Assembly: GCA_035495415.1 (NCBI GenBank) | Contig: DATJFY010000047.1 | Span: 149,366-213,365 of the forward strand | Direction: 5' to 3' | Origin: Verrucomicrobiia bacterium | GTDB lineage: Bacteria; Methylomirabilota; Methylomirabilia; Rokubacteriales; CSP1-6 | Length of the DNA: 64,000 nucleotides | Part shown: piece by piece, positions 36,048 through 43,843 of the stretch | How positions within the stretch are numbered: the first letter of the stretch is position 1 | Layout of the letters: the number at the start of each line of letters is the position of its first letter | Made by a program: the position numbers and the translations under genes | The notes under the pieces: model-generated | Told to the model about the DNA's origin: nothing | Seen by the model: only the letters and a program-made list of their open reading frames with translations | Databases searched by the model: none

Positions 36048-36272
36048 ATGCCGGTGAACGTCGCCCAGCTCGCGCCGTTCCTCCTCGAGGCCAAGCGCCG
36101 CACCTACGCCGCGCAGGGCGACGAAGCCTCCGTGAGCCTCCCGCTCATGCCCGGGTTCGTCTCCGGGAATCAGTGGGAGGACGGCCCCGAGCGCTTCCGG
36201 GGCGTCGGGCGCATCGCGCTGGCCGGCCGGCGCGTCTACGAGCTGCTCTATGCCGGCGCCTTGCTCCGGTGA
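36048..36272 (+). CDS. small hypothetical protein, possibly DUF5680-like
   Basis: ORF 36003..36272. The internal ATG at 36048 is preceded by a perfect AGGAGG (36035-36040). LLEAKRRTYAAQG resembles the DUF5680 N-terminal motif. The family assignment is tentative. Confidence 0.5.
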   Translation: MPVNVAQLAPFLLEAKRRTYAAQGDEASVSLPLMPGFVSGNQWEDGPERFRGVGRIALAGRRVYELLYAGALLR

Positions 36273-36286
36273 TATGGTGAGGCGGC

Positions 36287-38347
36287 ATGAACTCCCGCTG
36301 GGATGACGCGACCGCGGCCGCGCTCGGGGGCCTCGATCTCCTCGTCTACGCCTCCCGGCTGATCGGCGCGGAAAGCTCGCTGGTGGTCTGGGGCGGCGGC
36401 AACACCTCGCTCAAACAGGTCGAACGCGACCATCGCGGCCGCGAGTGCCGCGTGCTCCGGGTCAAGGGCTCGGGCTCCGACCTCAAGAGCATCCAGAAGA
36501 AGGACTTCCCGGGTGTCCGGATGGACGACATCGAGGCGCTCCTGCCGCGTGACGACATGGGCGACACCGAGATGGTCGACTACCTCCGGTTCGCGCTGCA
36601 GGATCCCGGCGGGTCGCGCCCCTCCATCGAGACCCTGCTCCACGGCTTTCTGCCCGCGCCGGCGGTCTTCCACACCCACGCCGATGCCATCGTGTCCCTG
36701 ACCAACAACGCGAACGCCGAGCGCGTGCTGCGCGAGGTCTTCGGCGACGAGGTGGTGGCGCTCCCGTATCGGCGACCGGGCTTCCGTATCTCCAAGGACG
36801 TGGCCGATACGCTCGGCGCGCGCCCGCGCCTCCGGGCCATGCTGCTCCAGAAGCATGGCACCATCTGCTGGGGCGACACCGTCAAGGAGGCCTATCTCGC
36901 CACCATCGAGCTGATCAGCCGGGCCGAAGAGGCGATCGCCCACCACGCGAGAGGCCGCACGCGCTTCGGCGGCGTGGCGGTGACGCCGCCCACCGAGGAC
37001 GAGCGGCGGCGCGTCGCGTTGGCGGTGGCGCCGTACGTGCGCGGGCTGGTGGGGCGGGAGCGGCGGCACATCGTCCACTTCGACGACGCGCCCGATATCC
37101 TCGAGTTCGCCTCGTCTCGGGGAGCGGCGGCTCTTTGTGAGATCGGTCCCGCGACGCCGGACCACACGATCTACACCAAGCGGCTCCCGTGCTTCATTCC
37201 CGTCGATCGACCCGGGGACCTCGAGGCGGTGAAGAGCGCGCTCGAGGCGGGCGTGGCGCGCTTCGTGCGCGAGTACACCGCCTACTTCGAGGCGCACAAT
37301 TCCGAGGGCGCGACGCTGATCGACGCCTTCCCGCGCGTCATCGTCGTCGGCGGCCTCGGGATGTTCACCACGGGCAAGGATCGGCGCACTGCGGGCATCG
37401 TCGACGACATCTACCACCACACCGTCTCGGTGCTGGGGGCGGCCACGAGCTTCGGACCGTACGTCTCGCTCTCGGCCCGCGACGCCTTCGACGTGGAGTA
37501 CTGGCCGCTCGAGCTCTACAAGCTCCAGCAGGCGCCGCCGGAGAAGGAGCTGGCCCGGCGCATCGCGCTGGTGACGGGCGGGGCGGGCGGCATCGGCCGG
37601 GCGGTAGCGCTGCGGCTGGCTGCCGAGGGCGCGCACGTGGTGGTGGCCGACGTGGACGGCGCGGGAGCGGCCAAGGTGGCCGACGAGGTGCTGGCGGCGC
37701 AGGGCGCCGGCCGCGCCCTGGGACTCGCCCTGGACGTGACGAGCGAGGCCTCCGTGCGCCGGGCCCTCGAGGAGACCGTGCTCGCCTACGGGGGCCTCGA
37801 TATCGTCGTGTCGAACGCGGGGATCGCCCACTCCGCTCCGGTGGAGACCATGGAGCTGGCCGATTGGGAGCGGTCCTTCGCGGTGAACAGCACCGGCCAC
37901 TTCCTGATCGCCCGTGAGGCGATGCGCGTGCTCAAAGCCCAGCGCCTGGGGGGGGCCTTCGTCTTCGTCGCCACCAAGAACGTGATGTCGCCGGGCAAGG
38001 ACTTCTCGGCCTACTCCGCGGCCAAGGCCGCCGAGGCGCAGCTCGCCAAGGTCCTCGCGCTGGAAGGGGGGCCCCACGGCATCCGGTCGAACATCGTGAA
38101 CCCCGACGCCGTGTTCCGCGACTCCAAGCTCTGGTCGGAGGATGTGCGACGCGAGCGAGCTCGCGCCCAGGGCATCAGCGTCGACGACCTCGAGGATTTC
38201 TACCGCAAGCGCAACATCCTGGCCCGGCCGATCCTGCCCGAGGACGTGGCGGAGGCCGTGCTCTTCCTCGCGTCCGATCGCTCGGCCAAGACCACCGGCT
38301 GCAGCATTCCAGTCGACGGCGGCGTGAAGGACGCGTTCCCACGGTAA
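36287..38347 (+). CDS. bifunctional class II aldolase / short-chain dehydrogenase (rhamnulose-1-phosphate aldolase/alcohol dehydrogenase-like)
   Basis: 686-aa ORF. The N-terminal aldolase-like domain contains VVWGGGNTSLK. The C-terminal SDR has the Rossmann motif VTGGAGGIGRAV and the YSAAK catalytic motif. Confidence 0.85.
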   Translation: MNSRWDDATAAALGGLDLLVYASRLIGAESSLVVWGGGNTSLKQVERDHRGRECRVLRVKGSGSDLKSIQKKDFPGVRMDDIEALLPRDDMGDTEMVDYLRFALQDPGGSRPSIETLLHGFLPAPAVFHTHADAIVSLTNNANAERVLREVFGDEVVALPYRRPGFRISKDVADTLGARPRLRAMLLQKHGTICWGDTVKEAYLATIELISRAEEAIAHHARGRTRFGGVAVTPPTEDERRRVALAVAPYVRGLVGRERRHIVHFDDAPDILEFASSRGAAALCEIGPATPDHTIYTKRLPCFIPVDRPGDLEAVKSALEAGVARFVREYTAYFEAHNSEGATLIDAFPRVIVVGGLGMFTTGKDRRTAGIVDDIYHHTVSVLGAATSFGPYVSLSARDAFDVEYWPLELYKLQQAPPEKELARRIALVTGGAGGIGRAVALRLAAEGAHVVVADVDGAGAAKVADEVLAAQGAGRALGLALDVTSEASVRRALEETVLAYGGLDIVVSNAGIAHSAPVETMELADWERSFAVNSTGHFLIAREAMRVLKAQRLGGAFVFVATKNVMSPGKDFSAYSAAKAAEAQLAKVLALEGGPHGIRSNIVNPDAVFRDSKLWSEDVRRERARAQGISVDDLEDFYRKRNILARPILPEDVAEAVLFLASDRSAKTTGCSIPVDGGVKDAFPR

Positions 38348-38352
38348 TGCTC

Positions 38353-38405
38353 GGCGAGCCGCAGTGGTTTGGCGAGCCACAGCCGAAGGCGAGGCGAGCG
38401 GACAC
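38353..38405. repeat. copy of the dispersed GC-rich intergenic repeat, abutting the next start codon
   Basis: GGCGAGCCACAGCCGAAGGCGAGGCGAGCGGACAC (38371-38405) matches the reverse complement of the 17502 unit at 32/35 positions. A partial GGCGAGCCGCAG lies at 38353-38364. The ATG at 38406 follows immediately. Confidence 0.7.
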
Positions 38406-39326
38406 ATGATCGGCTTCGGCGCGTTTCTCTCGATGCATCCGCCGTCGGAGCAGTGGGCTCTCGCGCGCCGCGTGGAGGCCCTCGGCTACGAGTCCTTGTG
38501 GACCGGCGATCACGTGTCCTTCCACGGGCCAATCTACGAGTCGCTGACGCTGCTCGCCTCGTACGCGAGCGTGACCCAGCGGATACGCCTCGGCACCGCG
38601 GTCTATCTCCTCGCCCTCCGGCACCCGACCATCGCCGCCAAGATCACCTCGACCCTGGACGCGCTGTCGGGGGGACGGCTGATCTTCGGGGTGGGAGTGG
38701 GCGGCGAGAATCCCAAGGAGTTCGAAGCCGCGGGCGTCCCGCACAAGGAGCGGGGCGCGCGCGTCACCGAGGGCATCGACGTGGTGCGGGCGCTCTGGCG
38801 TGACACGCCCGCCAGCTTCAAGGGGCGCTTCACCTCGTTCGAGGGGGTCAGTCTCGACCCCAAGCCGGTACAGCAGCCGGGTCCGCCCATCTGGATCGGC
38901 GGCCGCTCGGACGCCGCCCTGGCCCGCGCGGGCCGTCAGGGAGACGGCTGGGTGTCCTACGTCGTGCAGCCGGAGCGCTACAAGGCGAGCGTCGAGAAGA
39001 TTCACGCCGCCGCCGCGGCGGCCGGGCGCCGGCTCGACGGGTTCGTCGCCGCGCATCTGGCCTTCATCACGGTGGGGAAGGACTACGAGGCCGCCGAGCG
39101 CGCGTGGGTGGAGCGGCTGAGCCGGCGCTACGCGCAGGACTTCGGCCCGCTCGCACGGAAGTACGGCATCATCGGCACGCCGGCGCAGTGTGCGGAGACC
39201 ATCGAGCGCTTCATGGCGGGTGGCTGCAATTACTTCCTCATGAATCCGATCTGCGAGCCCGCCGACGAGGCGACGCAGCTCGAGACCATCGCCGCCGATA
39301 TCATGCCGCGTTTCCGCGGCCGCTAG
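38406..39326 (+). CDS. LLM-class (luciferase-like) flavin/F420-dependent oxidoreductase
   Basis: C-terminal part of ORF 38364..39326, starting at ATG 38406. Motifs ALGYESLWTGDHVSFHGP, LGTAVYLLALRHP and GRLIFGVGVGG are typical of the LLM fold. Confidence 0.85.
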   Translation: MIGFGAFLSMHPPSEQWALARRVEALGYESLWTGDHVSFHGPIYESLTLLASYASVTQRIRLGTAVYLLALRHPTIAAKITSTLDALSGGRLIFGVGVGGENPKEFEAAGVPHKERGARVTEGIDVVRALWRDTPASFKGRFTSFEGVSLDPKPVQQPGPPIWIGGRSDAALARAGRQGDGWVSYVVQPERYKASVEKIHAAAAAAGRRLDGFVAAHLAFITVGKDYEAAERAWVERLSRRYAQDFGPLARKYGIIGTPAQCAETIERFMAGGCNYFLMNPICEPADEATQLETIAADIMPRFRGR

Positions 39327-39329
39327 CGC

Positions 39330-40037
39330 GTGGCCCCTCGGCCACGGGAGTGCCGGGCGCAGGTGGAGGCGGTCCGCGCCCTCAATCCCGACGTCCTGGA
39401 GGTCGATCTCCGCATGGTCGATCCACCGGCCTTCGCCTTCGCGGCCGGCCAGTGGGTGTCGGTGCCGTTCGGCCCCAAGATCGTGCGCGCCTACAGCATG
39501 GCCTCGGCGCCGGAAACCGGTGAGCGCTTCACTCTCTCCGTCGACGTGTCGCCGGGTGGGCTCGGCTCCCAGTGGATCCGCGGGCTCAGGCCCGGCGACC
39601 CCGTCACGTTCAAGGGGCCCACGGGCGGCTTCGTGCTCGACCGCGCGGACACGCGGCGCCCGGTGTTCATCGCCGAGGAGATCGGCGTGGTGCCGATCCG
39701 GTCCATCCTGCTCGACCTCTACGGTGGGGGTTTCGGCGGGGGGGCCGCCCTGATCCAGTGGGCGCGCAACCCGTCGTGGCTCCTCTATGAGGCGGATTTC
39801 CGGGCCCTCACGCGCGATCACAAGGGCTTCTCCTATCTCCCGGTGCTTCGCGAGCCGTCGCCGAACTGGCGCGGCGAGCGGGGCGAGTGTCACGAAGCGG
39901 TGGAGCGTCTCGTGCACAGCGTGGATCGCTCCGTCGTCTATGTGTGCGGCGGCGAGGCCACGATCAAGCAGGTCCGGCAAGCGCTCGTCGCCAAGGGCAT
40001 GGATCGGAAGAACGTGAAGTGGGAGAAGTTCTGGTGA
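39330..40037 (+). CDS. ferredoxin-NADP reductase-like FAD/NAD(P)-binding oxidoreductase
   Basis: RAYSMAS (RxYS FAD motif), GPTGGFVL and a C-terminal NAD-binding segment VYVCGG. The GTG start lies 3 nt after the LLM stop. Confidence 0.8.
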   Translation: MAPRPRECRAQVEAVRALNPDVLEVDLRMVDPPAFAFAAGQWVSVPFGPKIVRAYSMASAPETGERFTLSVDVSPGGLGSQWIRGLRPGDPVTFKGPTGGFVLDRADTRRPVFIAEEIGVVPIRSILLDLYGGGFGGGAALIQWARNPSWLLYEADFRALTRDHKGFSYLPVLREPSPNWRGERGECHEAVERLVHSVDRSVVYVCGGEATIKQVRQALVAKGMDRKNVKWEKFW

Positions 40038-40612
40038 TCGGCCGCGCGGCGCGGGCGCTGCTCGTGCCGCTCATCGTTTTGACCGCCGTCCCCGCTGCGG
40101 CGGCCGCCCACACATACCGCAGCGCGGAGTGGGGGTTCGAGTTCAGCTATCCCGATCTGCTCGTGGTGGGCCGCTACAGGGATCAGACCACGCCCGAGAT
40201 GGAAGCGCGGCTGCGCGAGACTGGCCAGGAGTCGTCCTGGGCCCACGCGATTGCGCTGGTGGAGCCCTCGCGCCTAGGCACGCGGGGCACGCTCGACGCC
40301 ATTCCGGTCGGCGACGTCGCCTCGATCACGGTGACGCCCTCGCGCGGGCAGAAGGCCGACTTCCTGCGCCGGCATTTCTTTCGCGACCCGTGGAAGACCA
40401 CGATCGGCGGCCGCGAGGTGTACCGGCTGCCCGGCTATCCCGGCCCCTACGGAGACGCCGCGTTCTACTACCTCATGCCGATCCGTGACGGTGAGGTGCT
40501 CGAGCTGTTCGCCCACCGCCGGCATCTGGACACCGCGCGCACGGAGACGGGCTACGACCACGTGATCGAAGGTATCATCGCCTCGTTCAGGCTCATTCCT
40601 CCCGGCGGCTAG
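40034..40612 (+). CDS. hypothetical secreted protein
   Basis: C-terminal part of ORF 39887..40612. GTG 40034 overlaps the reductase stop (GTGA). The signal-like N-terminus is VIGRAARALLVPLIVLTAVPAAAAA. I recognise no family. Confidence 0.55.
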   Translation: MIGRAARALLVPLIVLTAVPAAAAAHTYRSAEWGFEFSYPDLLVVGRYRDQTTPEMEARLRETGQESSWAHAIALVEPSRLGTRGTLDAIPVGDVASITVTPSRGQKADFLRRHFFRDPWKTTIGGREVYRLPGYPGPYGDAAFYYLMPIRDGEVLELFAHRRHLDTARTETGYDHVIEGIIASFRLIPPGG

Positions 40613-40638
40613 CGCGGGAGCGAGCGAGGACGGGATCA

Positions 40639-42291
40639 ATGGCAGACCTCAGCGGGGGACATCTGGTCGCGCGGACGCTCGCCCAGGCGGGCGTCGGCCA
40701 CATCTTCACGCTCTGCGGCGGGCATATCCTGCCGATCTACGATGGCTGCATCACCGAGAACATCGCGGTGGTGGACATGCGCCACGAGCAGGCCGCGGCG
40801 CATGCCGCCGATGCCTACGCCCGGCTCACGCGCCATATCGGCGTCGCCATCGTGACGGCGGGGCCGGGCGTCACCGATGCGGTCACCGGCGTGGCCAATG
40901 CGTACTCGGCGCGGAGCCCGGTGCTGCTCATCGGCGGGGCCGCGCCGCTCGGCCTGCGCGGGCTCGGGGCGCTCCAGGAGACGGAGCAAGTCGGGCTGCT
41001 CCGCCCCATCACGAAGGGCTCGTGGTCGGTGGCGGAAACGCGGCAGATCCCCGAGGTCCTGACCACCGCCATCCGCACCGCCCTCACCGGGCGCCCCGGC
41101 CCCGTGTTCGTGGAGATCCCCGTGGATCTCCTCATGACCCTGGTCGAGGACCGGCTGGCGCCCATCCCGACCCAGTACGTGCATCGCGAGCGCCAGGCCG
41201 CCGATCCGGACGCGATCGCGCGGCTGGCCGAGCTTCTGGCGCGCGCCAAGCGTCCCGTCGTCATGGCGGGGAGCGGCGTGTATTGGGACGACGCGGCGAA
41301 AGACCTCCAGAGCTTCGCGGAGCGCGTGGGCGTCCCGGTCTTCATGAATGGCGCCGGACGCGGCTCCCTGCCCAGCGATCATCCGCTCGCCTTCAGCCAG
41401 GCGCGGGGCGTGGCGCTCGGCCAGGCCGACCTCGTCCTCGTCCTGGGCGCGCCCCTCGATTTCCGGTTGGGCTATGGCCGGGCGCCGTCCTTCGCGGAGA
41501 ACGCGCAGGTCGTGATGGTGGACTGCGACGCGGTGGAGCTGGGCCGGAATCGCCCGCTCGCCCTCGGCCTCGTGGGACACATCGGCCTCGTGCTGCGGCA
41601 GCTGACGGACGCGCTGCCCGCGGGCCAGGCGGCGCGCGGCGCGGAGTGGCTCGGGGCCATTCGCCAGAAGGAGGCGGACGGCCAGGCCAGGCTGATGGCG
41701 GAGCGCCAGTCCAACGACGTGCCGATCAGCCACTACCGCATGGCGCACGAGATCGCCGCCCTGGTGGACGCGGGCACGACGGTGGTGGGCGACGGGGGCG
41801 ACGTGGTCGGCTGCGCGTCCAAGATCGTGCCGCTCCACCGGCCGGGGCAGTGGATGGATCCCGGCCCCTTCGGCTGTCTCGGTGTGGGCCCGTCCTTCGC
41901 CATCGCTGCCAAGCTGCTTCGTCCCGCCGATCGGGTGCTGCTGATCGCGGGCGACGGCGCCTTCGGGCTCAACGGCATGGAGATCGAGACCGCGGTGCGC
42001 TTCCGACTCCCCATGACGGTGATCGTGGGCAACGACGGCGGCTGGGGGCAGATCCGCAACCCACAGCTGTCCTTCTTCGGCGCCGAGCGCGCGGTGGGCA
42101 CGTCGCTCCCCCTCACGCGCTACGACCGTCTCGTGGAGTCGCTGGGCGGGAAGGGGATTCATGTCACCGACCCCGGCGGGATCCGGCCCGCGCTCGAGCG
42201 CGCGCTCGGCTCCGGCGAGGTCTATTGCATCAACGTGGAGCTGGACCCGGCGGCCTACCGGCGCACCGGCCAGGTCTCGATGGCGATCTAG
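40639..42291 (+). CDS. thiamine-pyrophosphate-dependent enzyme (acetolactate synthase / oxalyl-CoA decarboxylase-like)
   Basis: N-terminal Pyr domain (HIFTLCGGHILPIYD...RHEQAAAHAADAYAR...GPGVTDAVTGVANA) and the C-terminal TPP motif GDGAFGLNGMEIETAVR...VIVGNDGGWG. Confidence 0.9.
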   Translation: MADLSGGHLVARTLAQAGVGHIFTLCGGHILPIYDGCITENIAVVDMRHEQAAAHAADAYARLTRHIGVAIVTAGPGVTDAVTGVANAYSARSPVLLIGGAAPLGLRGLGALQETEQVGLLRPITKGSWSVAETRQIPEVLTTAIRTALTGRPGPVFVEIPVDLLMTLVEDRLAPIPTQYVHRERQAADPDAIARLAELLARAKRPVVMAGSGVYWDDAAKDLQSFAERVGVPVFMNGAGRGSLPSDHPLAFSQARGVALGQADLVLVLGAPLDFRLGYGRAPSFAENAQVVMVDCDAVELGRNRPLALGLVGHIGLVLRQLTDALPAGQAARGAEWLGAIRQKEADGQARLMAERQSNDVPISHYRMAHEIAALVDAGTTVVGDGGDVVGCASKIVPLHRPGQWMDPGPFGCLGVGPSFAIAAKLLRPADRVLLIAGDGAFGLNGMEIETAVRFRLPMTVIVGNDGGWGQIRNPQLSFFGAERAVGTSLPLTRYDRLVESLGGKGIHVTDPGGIRPALERALGSGEVYCINVELDPAAYRRTGQVSMAI

Positions 42292-42299
42292 CCCGCGTC

Positions 42300-43322
42300 G
42301 TGCGCATCGTCTTTCTCTCGCCGCACGTCCGCATCGCGGGGGGCGTGCGCGCCATCCTCACCTACGCGGACCGGCTGGTGCGCCGCGGCCACGACGTTTC
42401 GGTGATCGTGCCCGCCGGCTCGCGGTGGCGCGCCTGGCGGCGCAATCGATCCCAGCCCGTCCCCGACTGGATGCCGGGCTTGCGCGCGCGCCTGCGCTGG
42501 GTGAACGCCTGGGATCCATCGCGCCTGCCCGACGGCGACGCGCTCGTGGCCACCGCGTGGCAGAGCGCCGACGCGGTGGCGGCGGCACCGGACCGCTGCG
42601 GCGCCAAATTTTATCTCGTGCAGCACTACGAGAGCCTCTATCACGGTGACGCGCACCGCGTGGACGAGACCTATCGACTCCCGCTCCGGAAGGTCTGCAT
42701 CTCCACGTGGCTGGCCGACATCATGCGCGAGAAGTTCGGCGCCGCCGCCGAGGTGCTGGTGACGCCGGTGGATCCGATGCTGTTTCATCCCGTGCCGCTC
42801 GAGTGGGGCGATGGACGGCTGCGCGTGCTCATGCTCCACCACGAGTACGCGTGGAAGGGCGTGGCCGACGGCGTCGAGGCGGTGCGCCGCGTGCGAGCCC
42901 GGCACCGTGAGCTCTGCCTCGTGGGCTTCGGCGTGAAGCCGCCGAAAGGCCCCAGCCCCTACGACGAGTTCCATGCCGATCTGCCCCAGGACCGGCTGGC
43001 ATGGCTCTACGGTCACTGCCCGATCTATCTCTGTCCCTCGTGGGACGAGGGCCTCGGCATGCCGCCCATGGAGGCGATGGCCTGCGGCGCCGCGCTGGTG
43101 ACCTACGACAACGGCGGCTGCCGCGACTATGCCCGTGACGGCGAGACGGCGCTCGTCGCGCCGCGTCGCGACGTCGACGCGCTGGCGCACGCGCTGGCGC
43201 GCATGGTGAACGAGCCGGTGCTGCGCGATCGCATCGCGCGCGCCGGCCAGGCCTTCATCCGGCGGGAGTTCGATTGGAACCGTGCGAGCGCGCGGCTGGA
43301 GGCGATTCTCCGAGGCCGCTAG
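42300..43322 (+). CDS. glycosyltransferase family 4 (GT-B fold)
   Basis: C-terminal part of ORF 41022..43322, starting at GTG 42300 (VRIVFLSPHVRIAGG). The EX7E region is SWDEGLGMPPMEAMACG. Confidence 0.8.
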   Translation: MRIVFLSPHVRIAGGVRAILTYADRLVRRGHDVSVIVPAGSRWRAWRRNRSQPVPDWMPGLRARLRWVNAWDPSRLPDGDALVATAWQSADAVAAAPDRCGAKFYLVQHYESLYHGDAHRVDETYRLPLRKVCISTWLADIMREKFGAAAEVLVTPVDPMLFHPVPLEWGDGRLRVLMLHHEYAWKGVADGVEAVRRVRARHRELCLVGFGVKPPKGPSPYDEFHADLPQDRLAWLYGHCPIYLCPSWDEGLGMPPMEAMACGAALVTYDNGGCRDYARDGETALVAPRRDVDALAHALARMVNEPVLRDRIARAGQAFIRREFDWNRASARLEAILRGR

Positions 43323-43756
43323 CGGCCGGCGGCGGCGTCCCCACGCAGGATCAGGCACGTGCTGACGGCGTGGGCGACCAGGCTCTCGCCCTCGTCCACC
43401 ACGTCGCACTCCACGAGGCCGGCGGTGCGCCCAGCCTTTTTCACGCGCGCGCGGGCGGACCGTGTTCCCTCGCGCACCGGCTTGAGGAAGTTCGCCTTCA
43501 TCTCGAGCGTGGTGTAGCTCTCGTCCTCGCCCAGGGTCGTCATGAAGGCCCAGCCCATGGCAGCGTCGGCGAGGGCGGCGAGGATGCCGCCCTGCACCGT
43601 CCCCATGGGGTTCAGCTGGCCGTCGTGGATGGTGAGGGTGACGACGGCCTCGCCGTCGCCGAAGCGGGTGAGGGCCATGCCGATCAGCGTCGCCGCCGCA
43701 GGTGGCGGCGCCTCGCCGCGCAGCATCCGGGCCATCCCTTCCCGCATCGTCGCCAT
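43319..43756 (-). CDS. PaaI-family hotdog-fold thioesterase
   Basis: C-terminal 145 aa of ORF 43319..45586. The motif NPMGTVQGGILAALADAAMG is typical of PaaI/YbdB thioesterases. An alternative start lies at 43777. Confidence 0.8.
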   Translation of the reverse strand: MATMREGMARMLRGEAPPPAAATLIGMALTRFGDGEAVVTLTIHDGQLNPMGTVQGGILAALADAAMGWAFMTTLGEDESYTTLEMKANFLKPVREGTRSARARVKKAGRTAGLVECDVVDEGESLVAHAVSTCLILRGDAAAGR

Positions 43757-43820
43757 CGCCCGAACACTATCCTCCATCGAGCGAAGACCGGCAAGGCCGC
43801 CCGGAGCCGTCCGCGCCGGG

Positions 43821-43829
43821 TGATATACT
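43821..43829 (+). promoter_or_regulatory. candidate extended -10 promoter element (TGaTATACT) for the fused cydDC gene
   Basis: TG at 43821-43822 and TATACT at 43824-43829. The ATG at 43844 is 14 nt downstream of the -10 box, so the predicted leader is about 8 nt with no SD. I found no clear -35. Confidence 0.3.
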
Positions 43830-43843
43830 CGGTCCCCCGCCGT

